From assembly GCA_943704415.1 (NCBI GenBank), contig CALSCO010000081.1, forward strand, positions 1 to 56,184: DNA of 56,184 nt. Reading direction: 5' to 3'. The notes beneath the pieces are model-generated. The model was not told the origin of the DNA. It made no database searches and saw nothing but the letters and a program-made list of their open reading frames with translations. The position numbers were made by a program, and so were the translations under genes. Of this stretch, positions 35,533 through 47,339 are shown piece by piece (within the stretch, counting starts at the first letter, position 1; every line of letters starts with the position of its first letter). Source of the DNA: Parvularia atlantis (Eukaryota).

Positions 35533-37768
35533 CAACTGGGCGGCGACACGCTCCCGCTCCTCGGCTGCCCGTCGCCGCGCCTCTTCTGCCTCGACTAACC
35601 GTCGTCGCGCCTCCTCCTCGGCCGCACGGCGGTGCGCCTCCTCCTCGGCCGCTCGGCGCTGCGCCTCGGATTCCTCTGCCTGCCGCCGCGCCTCCTCAGC
35701 CAGGGCCGCATCCTCGCGCTCGCGCTGCTTCTGCATCGTGTCGGAGAAGCGCGAGTCAACGGTCGTCGGCGCAGGGATCTGCGCGCCCTTCAGTCAGCAA
35801 GCGCACGCGGGCTCGTCGCAAGCGCCACCTTGGCAAGCGACGGCGCCGAACCCAAACCCGGCCGGATGACTGGCGCGCGGCGCTCGATGTACGACGCGGG
35901 CACCATGCCCTCGCCGCGGCGGCCCTTGGCGACAAGCTGCACGCGCCACCAGTCTGGGTCGGCGTCTGCGTGCGTACGCCGCGTCACGCCATCGGCACAG
36001 CCGCGCGCGCAACAACGGACCGCTCACGATGACCACGTTGTCACCCTCGCGCACGGCAAGGTCGCCCTCGTGCTGCGGCGCGTACGTGTGCAGCACGCGG
36101 CCGACCTGCGCGAGCTGCTGCTCGGGGATTGAGCCCGACCCTGCGGCGCGGGCCGTGTTCAGCTGCGTTGTCAATCGACGCGCTGCGCACTCTTCTTGGC
36201 CATTGGCTGGTGGCCGACGACATTAACCGGGATCGTGCTGCTGGGCGCGGGCCCGTCGGACGCGCTGGGCGCGGTCACTGCGCCCGGCCACCGTCAGCGG
36301 CAAACGGCGTGCGACACGCATGCGTGCACACCCGTCACGGGCAGCGAGATGACCGGCACAGACGGCGCGCGGCCGAGCGTCGTGGGCAGCGCGGTCTCTG
36401 CAAGCGCGGACGGCTGCGGCTGCTGCTCGATGCGCGCGGGCGGTTTGGAGGGGCGCGAGGGCGGCTCGGCGGCCTTGTTGACGAGGGCGAGGGACGAGGC
36501 CGCGGTGACAAGCCCGTTGCGCGCCTTGTTTATGCGGTCGCAGACCTCGCGCGCGTCCATGCGCTCGCCGACGTGCATCGTGATTGGCCCGTAGTCGATG
36601 AACGTGAAGAAGAGGTCCATCTTCTGCACGTCAAGCGTGCGGATCGAGCGCAGGGGCCAGCGCTCGATCAGGTCGCGCTTTTCCGTCACAAGTTGGATAC
36701 ACTCGCTCGTGAGCTGCGCGTGCGGGGAGGGAGGGGGCGGTGAGGCCGGCGGGGGGGTGCTCGCGGACGACGTCACACACCTGCAGCGTGCGCTTGGGGC
36801 CCTTGCGCTTCTGTGCGTCCAGCAGCTTGACGGGCCACTCGGCCACGACGAGGCCCGGGTCGCTCGCGATGCTGCGCACGGGCAGCGCGGGTGTGCTCGC
36901 GGGCGCGACGCTCGGTGCGGGCGCGGGTGCTGCCGTCGCGGCCGCCAACGTGAACGTGCTGACGGGCGCGGCGGGCTCAAGCTCGCGCAGGGCGCTGTTG
37001 AGCGCCGCGAAGAGCGACGCTTCCTGGCTCTGGTCGCGCGACGCTGCCGACGGCGCGTGAGCGGCGCGTGCGGCTGCAGCGAGACGCACGGTCCGACGTG
37101 ACCGATCCGCTCGCGGTGGCCGGCGCGGGCACCGAAATGTCGTCCCACGAGGACGTGTCGGCCTCGCCCGCCGCGGGGCGCGGCGCATCGACTTGCAGGT
37201 AGTTGGCTGGGCGTGTCGTCAGCACGTCGACCGTCGTCACGGTCAAGCGGCGCGCACCGGGCACGAGGCCAAACGCCTTGCCGCTGCGCACGAGCCACCA
37301 GTCGTCGGCGCTGTTGTCGAGCACCTCGACGCGCGCGCTCTCGGCCACGCTCAGCTCCTCGTCGTCGCGCGCCTCGTAGTCCCACACGACCGTCGCCAAC
37401 GCCACGGCCTCGGCCTGGGCGCGGCACCTCGTCGCGTCAGCACGGCGACGAGCAGCGAACGGGGATCGCGCACGTCGTCGACGTAGTTGGACGGGACGAG
37501 CCCCTCGCGGGCGTCGTCGAGCGTGCGCGCGTGGTGCCAGCCGTCCGCGCCCAGCTGCCGCACGAGCAGCAGCGTGTCGACCTGGGGCGGCGCGGACGGG
37601 TTGGCGTGCGCACTCCGGCCGCGCGAAAACGTCATCCCGCGCCGCGCCCCACGCCGCGCCCGCTGCCGACCACTGCCGCGCCCCTCCGACGCGCACCTCG
37701 AACGACAGCTCCTCCGGCGTCTGCGCCTCGTAGTCGAACAGCGCCTTGACGACCTTGACGGCTCTCAT
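33492..37768 (-). CDS. SLA1: Sla1-like endocytic adaptor (SH3, SH3, PH-like, SH3, coiled coil, SHD1, low-complexity tail)
   Basis: ALFDYEAQTPEELSF...GLVPSNYV; WDYEARDDEELSV...DWWLV...GLVPANYL; a third SH3 with GMVPASYIE; SHD1 REWSDLLGQFKVEAQFLG...LHKMNGIKIAVALDKLSLADQEFV. Confidence 0.85.
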
Positions 37769-38010
37769 GGTCGTGCCGGCAGACAGAGGGCCGACTCTGT
37801 CACTGTATTGTATATGCTTATGTGCGCAATCGATTGTATACATTGCCGTTCAGTTGGTCTGCTCTGGTTTGCGTGGCGCTAGCGCGTGCGGTCGGTGCAG
37901 TCGTTCAGTGCCGTGCCCAGCTGCAACAGGGCAGTGCCGGGCGGCAATGTTGCTGCGCAAATCTTGGTGCGAACAGCGACTTGCACACAGCGGCTCACAG
38001 CAATCTTCAC

Positions 38011-38786
38011 CTACTGCCGGTCGAGCGGGAGCACGAGCAGCTCGGTGGCCGGCCCGCGCTCGATGTGCATGTACGGCACGTTCTCGACCACGAGGTGCAG
38101 CTGGCGCTGGGTGTTTAGAGCGCAAGCGCGCGCACCTCGCGCATGGGGCGCACCGTGTCCAGCGTGATCGTGACCGGCGCCATCCCCGCGACCGTCCGCG
38201 CAAACGCCGCCTCAACCGCGTCGGCCGCCGCGCCCGCCGGCACCTCGGCCGTGAAGCGCGCGACAGTCGAGTGCACAATGTTGGGCACGTTGAACGCGCC
38301 CGGCGGCAGGGCGGCGCGCAGCTCCGCGTCCTCATCCAGTGCGCGCCGCACGCACGCCCGCACCGCCGCCACCCCGCCCGACGGGTCGTCGTAGATCACG
38401 ATCGCCGCGGCCGCCTCGAGCCGCGGCGGCTGCGCGTGCACGACAAAGGGCGCGGCCGGGAAGCCGGGCAGCTCGCGGGCGCGTCGCAGCACGCGCATCC
38501 ACGCCGCGGCGATGCGCCCGCGCTCGTCCTCATCCAGGCCGCCGCCGGGCTGCGCCGCGTGCGCGCGGAAGCTGTACGCGGCGAGGACGGTGCAGTGCAG
38601 GTGCTCGAACGGGTAGACGTACGCGACGTCCGCGAGCGCCGGCGCATCGCGCACGCGCGTGGCCCAGGCGGCGTGCCACGCGCGGCACGGCTCGGGCGGC
38701 GGCCACAGCGCGTTCAGGTTGAGCCCCCAGCTGGCCGGGCGCTCGCCCGCGGCCAGAGAGGCAGCGAGCGGGTCCCGCGGATGCAT
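38011..38786 (-). CDS. 2H phosphoesterase superfamily protein (two HxT motifs), one intron
   Basis: YPFEHLHCTV and PNIVHSTVARF. An intron after PMRE splices to LHLVVENVPYMHIERG...LDRQ*, with TAG at 38011-38013. Confidence 0.7.
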
Positions 38787-38805
38787 CTAGTGTGACCTAC
38801 ACAGA

Positions 38806-39866
38806 ATGTGGGCCCGGGACCCGGCGCGTCGCTGGACCGAGCAGCTCGTGTGTCTCGCGCGTCGCGTTCGCACGTCTCGCGCGTCCTCACGCGCCCGTGA
38901 TGCGCACGCGCCAGGTGCTCGCGTACACGCCCGTGTGGATTGCGTGGACCGCGCACACGATGCTCACGCACGTCTACCGCGACTGGGACGACGCCGCGTA
39001 CCTGCGCTTCGGCTTCGGCCTGCTCGCGCCGCTGTACGCCGTGCCGGCCGTGGTCGAGGTCGCGCGCGACGCCCTGCCGCCGGCGATGCGCCCCGGCAGC
39101 CTGCGCCACGTCTGGCGCTTCCACGCGGCCGTGCTCGTCGTCACGGCGCTGCAGGCGTACGCCGGCTCGGACGTCTTCTTCGAGATCCTCGGGATGCAGT
39201 GTTGCGTCGCTCCCACGCTCGCACCGTCAGCGCGCTCACGGCGAGACGCGGACGCGCAGACCGCTTCCGCGTCTCGCCGCGCTGGATCCTCAACGGCACG
39301 CCGCTGTTCCTCTACCCCGTTGCGTCGTGCGCGAGAACAGCACGCAGCAGCAGCTCAACGCGTCGCCGCAGATGAGCGTCGTCTACTTTTCGACCTACTT
39401 TATCTTGCTCGGGATCGCCTGGCGGCAGATTGTGCAGCGCTGGCCGCGCGCCGGCGTCGCCGCCAGGACGGCCGCCCTCGCCGCGCTGTGCTGCGCCGTC
39501 GCCTTTGCCGAGAGCTTCACGCACGACATCGAGGCCGTGCGCGACGTCTTTGTGCGTGCGGCGTGAGCGGTGCGAGCGCCGACTCACATGCACGGCGCAA
39601 GCACTACCGCGACCGCACGTTCGCGCTCACGGTCGGGTCGCTCATCTACGGCTTCACGCTCTTTGTCGCCTTCCCGGTCGTCGACGGCATCGACGACAAG
39701 CGCCCGTCGACGCTCGCTCAGGTCGTGTGGGACGCGTGCGCAGGTGCGGACGTTGTGCGTGGGCCGCGTCTCCTTCTCACGGCACTCGGCACCAGCGATG
39801 ATGATCGTGCTCGTCTGTGACGAGGCCCTGCTCGGCCTCTACCGCGGCGGGTACAGCGGATGGTGA
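38806..39866 (+). CDS. CPI1: Cycloeucalenol cycloisomerase (cyclopropylsterol isomerase) homolog, multi-pass membrane protein
   Basis: MWARDPARRWTEQL|VLAYTPVW, FFEILGMQ..F...WILNGTP, AFAES, YRDRTFALTVGSLIYG...VAFP...IDDK and LAQVVWDAC.AMMIV. These match recalled plant CPI1 motifs in order: NPSKRWGE..FYTPFW, FFKVLGASYTFPSW.MNNVP, AYLET, DR..MY.VG.LFY...VSFP...MDEK and VAVDALGAAMLV. Confidence 0.8.
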
Positions 39867-39887
39867 TGCGTCCTATGCACGTGTGCG

Positions 39888-42400
39888 TCACTGGGAGGCG
39901 ACGCGGCGAACCTCGAGATGCGTGTCGGCGACGAGGCGCGGCAGAACGTGCTCGACAACCTCGCGCACCTGTGCATGCACGCATGAGCCACGTGCAGCGC
40001 CAGGAGCAAGCGACGCACATGCTTGTGCTCGCCGTAACGTTCCCGCAGTACCCGCAGCGTCGACGCGGCCACGAGGCGCACGTTGCTCACGGGGTCGTGC
40101 GCCAGCTGCTGGACGAGACCGAGCACGTCGTGCGCCACGCCGTGCAAGCCGCACAGTATCGGTGCGAGCTTGAGAAAGCTGCAGAGGCACACGCGCGAGC
40201 GCTCGTCAGCAGGACGCAGTCGCTCAAGAGGGCTGCACGCACAACTGCCGCAGTCGGTAGTCCTTGTCGCGGCCGAGCTCGAGCACGCGCGCCACAAAGT
40301 CGTGCAGCGCAAACCTCTCGTGCGCCGTGCTGAGCGCCTCGCACACGGTCGCAAACTGCGCCCGAGCGAGCGCGCTCAGCAGTGTTACCGCGGCGTGTTA
40401 CGGCCCGCACCGACTGCACAAGCGTATCCCGCAGCGCCGCTGAGGACGCGCGCACGAGCTGCAGACAGAGCGGGACCAGGCGCGCGGCCACCTCGTCCGG
40501 CGGGAGGATCGTGCACAGCTCGCTCACCTGCCTGCGCGCACACGTGAGCAACGCCAGCGTACGAAGCCCGCGGCCACGCACGGCACAAGCACGGGCAGCA
40601 GCTGGCTCGACGCCGCGCCCTGCCCGCACTCTTGCACCAGCTGCTGCGCAAACACCTCCACAAACTCGCCGTGGTGCTCGGGCGACAGCACGCGCAGAAA
40701 GTCGGCCAGGTGCCGCAGCGCGCCCACACGGATCTGCGCTCGGTCGGTTTCAGCGTCCCGACGTCCCAACGTCGCACACGGCACACGCGCACTTCAGGCA
40801 AGTCGGCCACAAACAGCCGAAACACCTTGAGCAGGTCCGCGTCGGTCAGCTCGGTCCCGAGCACCTTGGCGACCTCATGGATCGAGTGCGCGAGCGTCCG
40901 CCGCACTTTCCACTGCAGGTGGTTGCTCAGGTAGTAGTAGTGCGGGCGCAGCTTGGGCCACGCCGGCACACCGCACGTCAGCACAACGCCTGCGACGGCG
41001 GCGTCAGCCCCTGCACATGCGTGCACTCACGCACGCGCACGCACCGGGAAAGTTGAACGCGCAGCACTCAATCAGGTCCGCGTCGAGCGAGATCATCGCC
41101 ACGAACGCGCTCACCAGCTGCGGCGGCACCTGCGCATCCCCCCAAAAGGCGTCACGCGCACACACACAGCACCGTCGCGTACGCGCACCTCGACCTCGCA
41201 CTGCCCCGCAAACGTCGCAATGAGCGGGCCGAGCGACTCGTGCGCGCTCAGTCGGACCCACCGCGACGCGTCGTTCGCGAGCATGCTGAAGATCATCACG
41301 ACAGCGTCTGCGCGCTTCGCCAGCGGTACTGCAGCAACGCGTGCACGTCACGAACAGGCGCGCAGCACGCGCACGCGCACCGGCCATCGCGATCGCCGCA
41401 CTCGTCTGCGCGCACACCTTGCGCACGCTCCACACCTTGTCGCGCAGCAGCTCGCAGTACACGGGGTACTGACGGCGCGCCGTCAGCCCAGCCGCGTGCA
41501 TGTGCACAACCACGCCCCACGCACCACGCGCGACACAAACACACCCAGCTCGACCTGGTCGCACAGCTCGCCGATCACCTCCACCGCGGCCTTGCGCACG
41601 CGCAGCGAGTGGTCCTGCGGCACCACCGCGAGCGCGTCCAGCACGCTCACATGCGCGAATCGCCCACGGTGCGCCAGCGCCAGCTCCCGCAGCAGCTTTG
41701 TGGCGCGCGCGTCCGCGTCAGCGCGAGAGCACGCGCCAAACAGCACGCACCACGAGCGCCTCGACGCGGTTGTCCTCCTCCGCACGGTCGCGCAGCAGCT
41801 CCAACACGCGCGGCAGCACCACGCGCTCGACCGTCGTCGCGTCCATCTCGCCGCACACCGCCACGATCGCCTGCCGCGCCGCCTGCTGCACCGACACGTC
41901 CTCGTCCAGCAGCAGCGCGTTGAGCAGCGGCCACACGTGGTCCACGACGTGCTGCACCGAGTGCTGCGGTGCACCACGCTCTCACGCGATGCGCGGCAGG
42001 GCAGAAGCGTACACGCACCATCGCCAGCACCTCGGCGAGCCCCGGCAGCTGCTCGGCCAGCGTCGCCCGCACGCTCGGCTCCACGTCCTCCGCCACGCCC
42101 TGCAGCACCGCCACCACGTCGCGCAGCGTCCGCTCCAGCCCCGCCGCCCGCGCCGCCTCGCGCAGCCGGCGGATGCTGTACAGCCTGCAGACAACGCGTC
42201 GGTGGGCACAGCAGCAGCGGTCGCACCGGGCGCGCGCACCGGTGCAGCACGTAGCCGCTCCCGCAGTACTGCAGCAGCACGTCCGCCGGGTCCAGCGCGT
42301 CGTCCACCGCCAGCTCGTCCGGCGCCGCGTCGTCCACGTCGTCCGCCAGCGACTCGGCGGCCGCAGCCGCAGCAGACGATGCGGCGGATCCCGACGCCAT
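39888..42400 (-). CDS. PPP4R1: Protein phosphatase 4 regulatory subunit 1 (HEAT repeats)
   Basis: DHSLRVRKAAV, LLRDKVWSVRKVCA, DASRWVRLSAHESLGPLIATF, CAFNFP.VVLT.G...W..L...Y..LS...QWKVRRTLAHSIHEVAKVLG, NWRLR, LAHDPVSNVR. Confidence 0.88.
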
Positions 42401-42424
42401 CGCACAAAACGCACACACACCACG

Positions 42425-42428
<4 letters not shown>

Positions 42429-42465
<37 letters not shown>
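42429..42465. repeat. (CT)n microsatellite filling over half of the 67-bp gap between the ABCB stop and the PP4R1 start
   Basis: About 18 perfect CT units. Confidence 0.95.
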
Positions 42466-42467
<2 letters not shown>

Positions 42468-42468
<1 letters not shown>

Positions 42469-45400
42469 CACTTGTGCTCGTCGGCCCCAGCGCTCGCCTG
42501 CTCCTTGGCCAGCTCGGCAAAGGCCGCGCTCATGTCCTGCCCCTGCAGCTGCCGGTTGACCAGCTTGCGGTACAGTCCGTCCCTCTGCAGCAGCTCGTCG
42601 TGGCTGCCCATCTCGACGATGGCCCCGCCCGACAGCACCGCGATCACGTCCGCGTTCTTCACCGTCGACAGCCGGTGCGCGATGACGAGCACCGTGCGGT
42701 TGCGCATCGCCTTGTCGATCGCGTCCTGCACCAGGTACTCGCTCTCGGCGTCGAGCGCCGACGTGGCCTCGTCGAGAAGCTGGCGCGCGGCGCGCGCGTG
42801 AGCTTCCCGGCCGCCAAGGCCACGCGCGAGCGCCGCACCAGAATGCGCGGATTCATCAGCAGGGCGCGGCTGATCGCCACGCGCTGCTTCTGCCCGCCCG
42901 ACAGGCGCACGCCGCGCTCGCCCACCTCGGTCTTGTAACCGTCCGAGAACGACATAATAAAGTCGTGCGCGTTGGCGGCGCGGGCGGCGGCCTGTGCGTG
43001 CGCGCGCGCGCGCGCGAGCGTTGAGCCAACCGCGAAGGGCGGTAGCGACAAGCGATGCGTGCCTCTACTTCCTCGTCCGGCACCTCCCGGTCGACGCCGT
43101 AGCAGATGTTGTCGCGAATCGTCGTCGCAAAGAGCACCGGCTCCTGTGCGGCCGTCCGTCAGCGGGGGCAACGCGCAGCCGGCCGGGCGCACCTGGCTGA
43201 CGAGCGCGACGTTGGCGCGGTACCAGCGCGGGTCAAGCATGCGCAGGTCGACGCCGTCCACCGTCACACTGCCCTCGCTCACGTCGTAGAAGCGCTCCAT
43301 CAGGCTCACGACGGTGGATCTGCCGTGCCGGGGTGAGGCCCCGGCGGTGGAGGACGGCAAAGGTGCGCCGCGCACTTGCCACCGCCCGACGGCCCGACCA
43401 GCGCGAGCACTTTGCCCGGCTCGAGGCTGAGCGAGACGTTCTTGAGCACGGGCTGGTCCGGGCGCGCGGGGTAGGTGAACGTGACGTTGTTGAACTGGAT
43501 CTCGCCGCGCAGGTTGAGCATCTGCTTGCCGCCGGACGTGTTGATCTCGGGTCGGCGGTCGAGCAGCTCAAAGATGCGCTCCGACGCGCCCAGCGCCGCC
43601 ATAAAGTCGCCAAATAGGCTCGAGATGAAAGCAAACGCCTGCGATGCACACGCACACCGCGTGTCAGCACAGTGCGCGGAACAGGGCGCGCACGCGCACC
43701 ATCGCGACCGAGAGCGTGTAGACAAGGAACGACGTCAGCAGGCCGGTCGACAGCTTTTGGTCGATCACGAGCTTGCCGCCGTACCAGAGGATCAGGCCGA
43801 TGGCTGCCTGCGGCACAAAGCCGATCACGCCCTGAAAGATGCCGTACGCCATGGCGATCGTGCGGCCGATCAGGTAGCTGCCACGACCCACGTCAACCTC
43901 CCCGCGCGCTGGCCCCGCCACACGCGCCTCTTGTGCACGGCGTCGCCGTAGTTGTTGGCTGAGCGCTCCTCCTTGGAGAACGAGCGCACGGTGCGCACGT
44001 TGCTGATCACCTCCTCCGCCACCGTCGTCGCGGCCGCGAGCTCGTCCTGGAACGCCTTCTGCAGCTTCTGCAGGTACCGGCCATACACGACCGCGCCGAT
44101 GGCGACGATGGGCACGACGGCGCACATGACGAGCGTGAGCTGTGCGCGGGCCGGCAGCGTCAGCGCGGCACGTGCCGGCGACGCGAGCCTGGCGTGCGCA
44201 CCTGCCACGACAGCAGAAACAGGATCACGATCGAGCCGATGATCTGGAAGATGTAGCGCACGAGCATCGACACGTTGGTCGTGACGGCGTTCTGGACGAC
44301 CTGCGTGTCGGACGACAGGCGGCTTGTGATCTCGCCCGTGCGCGTCTGCGCCGCGTGCGCGCCGGGCGTGTGAGCGCTGCGCGATCAAGCAAGCACCCAG
44401 CCACCGCATACCGTGTCGAAGAAGGCCACCTCCTGGTTCACGACGGCCGCAAACAGCTCCTTGCGCAGGCGCGCCACGACACGCTGACCCGCCAGCGTGA
44501 ACAGCCACCCGCGCACAAAGCCAAAGACGGAGCTGACGGCGAAGACGATGATCAGCAGCACGACGGCCTGGTTGAGCTTTTGCAGCGGGTCGGCCTCGTC
44601 CGGGTCCACAAGCGCGTCCACCACCACGCCAAAGACGTATGGCAGCACGAGCTGCACACACCGCGCCGTCAGCCCACGTCGAGCGCGCGCCGCGAGACCA
44701 CGCACGTTGGCGAGCGAGCCCAGGAATAGCGCGACCATGGCCCACGCAAGCAGCACGCGCTCGGGCAGCACGAGCGCAAACAGCCGGCGCAAGTCCACTG
44801 GCTTCTTGTTCTTCTTCGCGTCCTTGTGATCGCCCGCGCCGTCGCCGTTCTTCTTCTTGTCGGCGTCCTCGGCCGCTGCGACGGCCCGCGCGCGGTGAGC
44901 CATCCACGCCCGCCTGCGCCTGTGCCGCCCGCCGCTCACCGTGCTGCTCGGTCAGCTTGTACACGCCGTCGATGACTGCGCCCACGGCAAAGACGTGGTA
45001 CAGCTCGCCCGCGGTGAACACGACGGCACAGCTCTGCATGTGCGCGGGGTCAGCAAGCGCATCACACGGCACGCGCACCACCACGCACGATGATGCCGTT
45101 GACAAAGGCCGTGCTGCGACGCACCGTCAGCGACAACACAGCGAGCGCACAGCAGCAGCAGCAGCGGCGCACCCGCCCAGGCCCCAGCCGATGCCCGTGT
45201 CGTTCATGACGTTGACGAGCGAGATCTTGACGAGCGCGTACAGGAACGAGCCGCCGACGAGCACGGCCGTGAGCGCGCGCGTCACGACGCTCTCCATCCG
45301 CGCAATGTTGCTGTACAGCGGCGCGAGCAGCTGTGCGACGCAGCGCACGTCAGGCGTCCTTCGCCGCATCTCCGCCGCGACGGCCGCACCACGAAGCGCG

Positions 45401-45845
45401 CCACGGCCAGGCACAGCAGGTCGAACGTGGATGTGAGGTAATCGAAGCTCTGCGCCGCGCCGCCTTCGGGTCAGCGCTCTTTGAGCGGTGGGGAGCGCAG
45501 GGGACGCACCGAGACCGTCGCTTTCAGGTACGCGTTCTCGCTCTCGGCCTGCAGCCCCGCCAGAAAGAACAGCGCCAGCGTCAGCGCCGCGTCGACGGCG
45601 AGCGTGAGCACGGCCGACGAGAACCTGCGCGGCGCGACGGACGCGTCAGCCATCCTCCGGCACCACGTGGCGCCCCCTCCCTGCGCGCAAACGCACCACA
45701 ACGCCGTCTGCGCGCGCGGGTCGTGCGCCGTCGCGACGCTGAGCGAGCGCACGCGCGGCGCCATGTCCGCCGCCGCAGCAGCAGCAGCCTCGGGCACGCC
45801 ACGCGGGCGCAGCAGCGGCGCGGACTCGGCGTCGTTCACGGACAT
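42468..45845 (-). CDS. ABCB half-transporter (TAP-like/ABCB9-type) with an extra N-terminal membrane domain
   Basis: [14 protein letters not shown]...[33 protein letters not shown], Walker A GPSGGG.ST, VSQEPVLF, signature [11 protein letters not shown], Walker [19 protein letters not shown]. Several hydrophobic helices lie upstream of the core TMD. Confidence 0.93.
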
Positions 45846-46068
45846 ATCTAATTACAGGACGCAGCCCATGTATGTACACGACGTTCATATGTACGATGCG
45901 CACATCCTGTGAAGCATATGTCGATTACATTGGGCGCGACGGCTGCTCTCCGGGTCGTCGCCCGCGCCCTTTGCCCTGTTTGCCTCGCCCGCCACGCCGA
46001 CGATGACGTCCATCACACCGCGCCAGCTGTGGCCAGCGCGGTCGTGATCGGGTCCAGTCATTGCACCT

Positions 46069-47250
46069 TCACAGCTTCGCCGCGGACGCGTCCTGTCGGA
46101 TCGGCCCGCGCGGGTCCTGCTCGACGCGGTTGATGAGGCGGCCCAGCTGCGCACGAGCCGTTTGTGTGAGCGCCCGCACGAGCCACCCGTCTCTTTCGCG
46201 ACGCACCCTCTCAATCTCGACAACCATCTCGTCGCCCGCCCGCAGATACCGCGGCGGCGTGCGCGTGTAGCCGACGCCGCTGGGCGTGCCCGTGAGCACG
46301 ACCGTGCCCGGCAGGAGCGTCGTGCCCTGCGAGAGGAAGCTGACCTGCGGCAGGCGTCGGCCGGCGCGTGCGATCGAGCGCGGCCGGTCTTCTGCGCACC
46401 AGGTGCCGCACGCCAAAGATCATGTCCTGCGTGCTCGACGCCTGCATCTGCTCGCCGTTGAGGTGCATCGTCACGCGCAGGTGCTGCGGATCGCCCGTCT
46501 CCTGAGGCGACACGAGCTCCGGGCCGAGCGGGCAGAACGTGTCGAACGACTGAGAGGCACGGGCGCATTCAGCGGTGCGGGTGCATGCGCGCAGATGGTG
46601 CGCACCTTGCCGACGTACCACTGCCCGCCGCCGCGGCCACCTGGTAGCCGTCAGCAGCAAAGGTGCCGACAGCGCGCATGGACGCACCCTGCCAGCGCCG
46701 CGCCGAGATGTCGTTGGCGCACATGTACCCGCCGACGTAGTCGAGCGCGTCGGCCTCGCCCACGTCCTTGCACGCGCGCGCGATCACAAACGCGAGCTCG
46801 GCCTCGTAGTCGACCTCGGGTGGGTCGAGCGCGACGGCGGGCAGGACGACGGGCGCGTGCGGGTGCTGCAGCGCCGCGAGGTTCTTGGCGAAGACGATTG
46901 GGTACGCCGGCAGCGGTTTGCCGGTCTCGTGCGCGTGCTGCGTGTAGTTGAGGCCGATGCAGAGGATCATGCGCGGCTCGACGGGCGCGAGCAGCTACGC
47001 CGCAAGCGTGAGCCGACGCGCCCACGCGTCCACCAGCGACGCGCACCCGGGCCACGCGCGCCTCCCGCGTCGTGACGTGCGCGCGCGGGTCCCACGCGTC
47101 CAGCGTTGACAGCACGCGCGCGGCGCAGACCGGGTGCGCGCCGATCGGCTCGCCCAGCAGCGTCTCGCCCTCGGGCGTCACGAAGCGGATGAGCCGTCGC
47201 CACGCCGTCTTGTGCGCGCGCGTCGAGGTCGACGCGGGGACCCGCACCAT
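46069..47250 (-). CDS. Fumarylacetoacetate hydrolase family protein (FAHD2-like)
   Basis: [84 protein letters not shown]. Confidence 0.93.
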
Positions 47251-47285
47251 CGCGACTCAGTGAAGGGAATGCCAGGATGGTGGCT

Positions 47286-47322
47286 CTTGTTTGGCGCCAA
47301 CTGAGCGCGCTTGTTTGGCGCC
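47286..47322 (+). promoter_or_regulatory. Two E2F/DP consensus sites upstream of the Rb start codon
   Basis: The direct repeat CTTGTTTGGCGCC occurs at 47286-47298 and 47310-47322, each containing TTTGGCGC (TTTSSCGC consensus). The first also forms the palindrome TTGGCGCCAA. Confidence 0.7.
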
Positions 47323-47339
47323 TCGTCTTCGTCTGGCGC

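Noticed and set aside
15881..39866. Bacterial contamination or a chimeric contig explaining GlyRS, the 2H gene and CPI1
   Set aside because: Each gene carries at least one spliceosomal intron with the same signals as its neighbours and sits tightly among eukaryotic genes.
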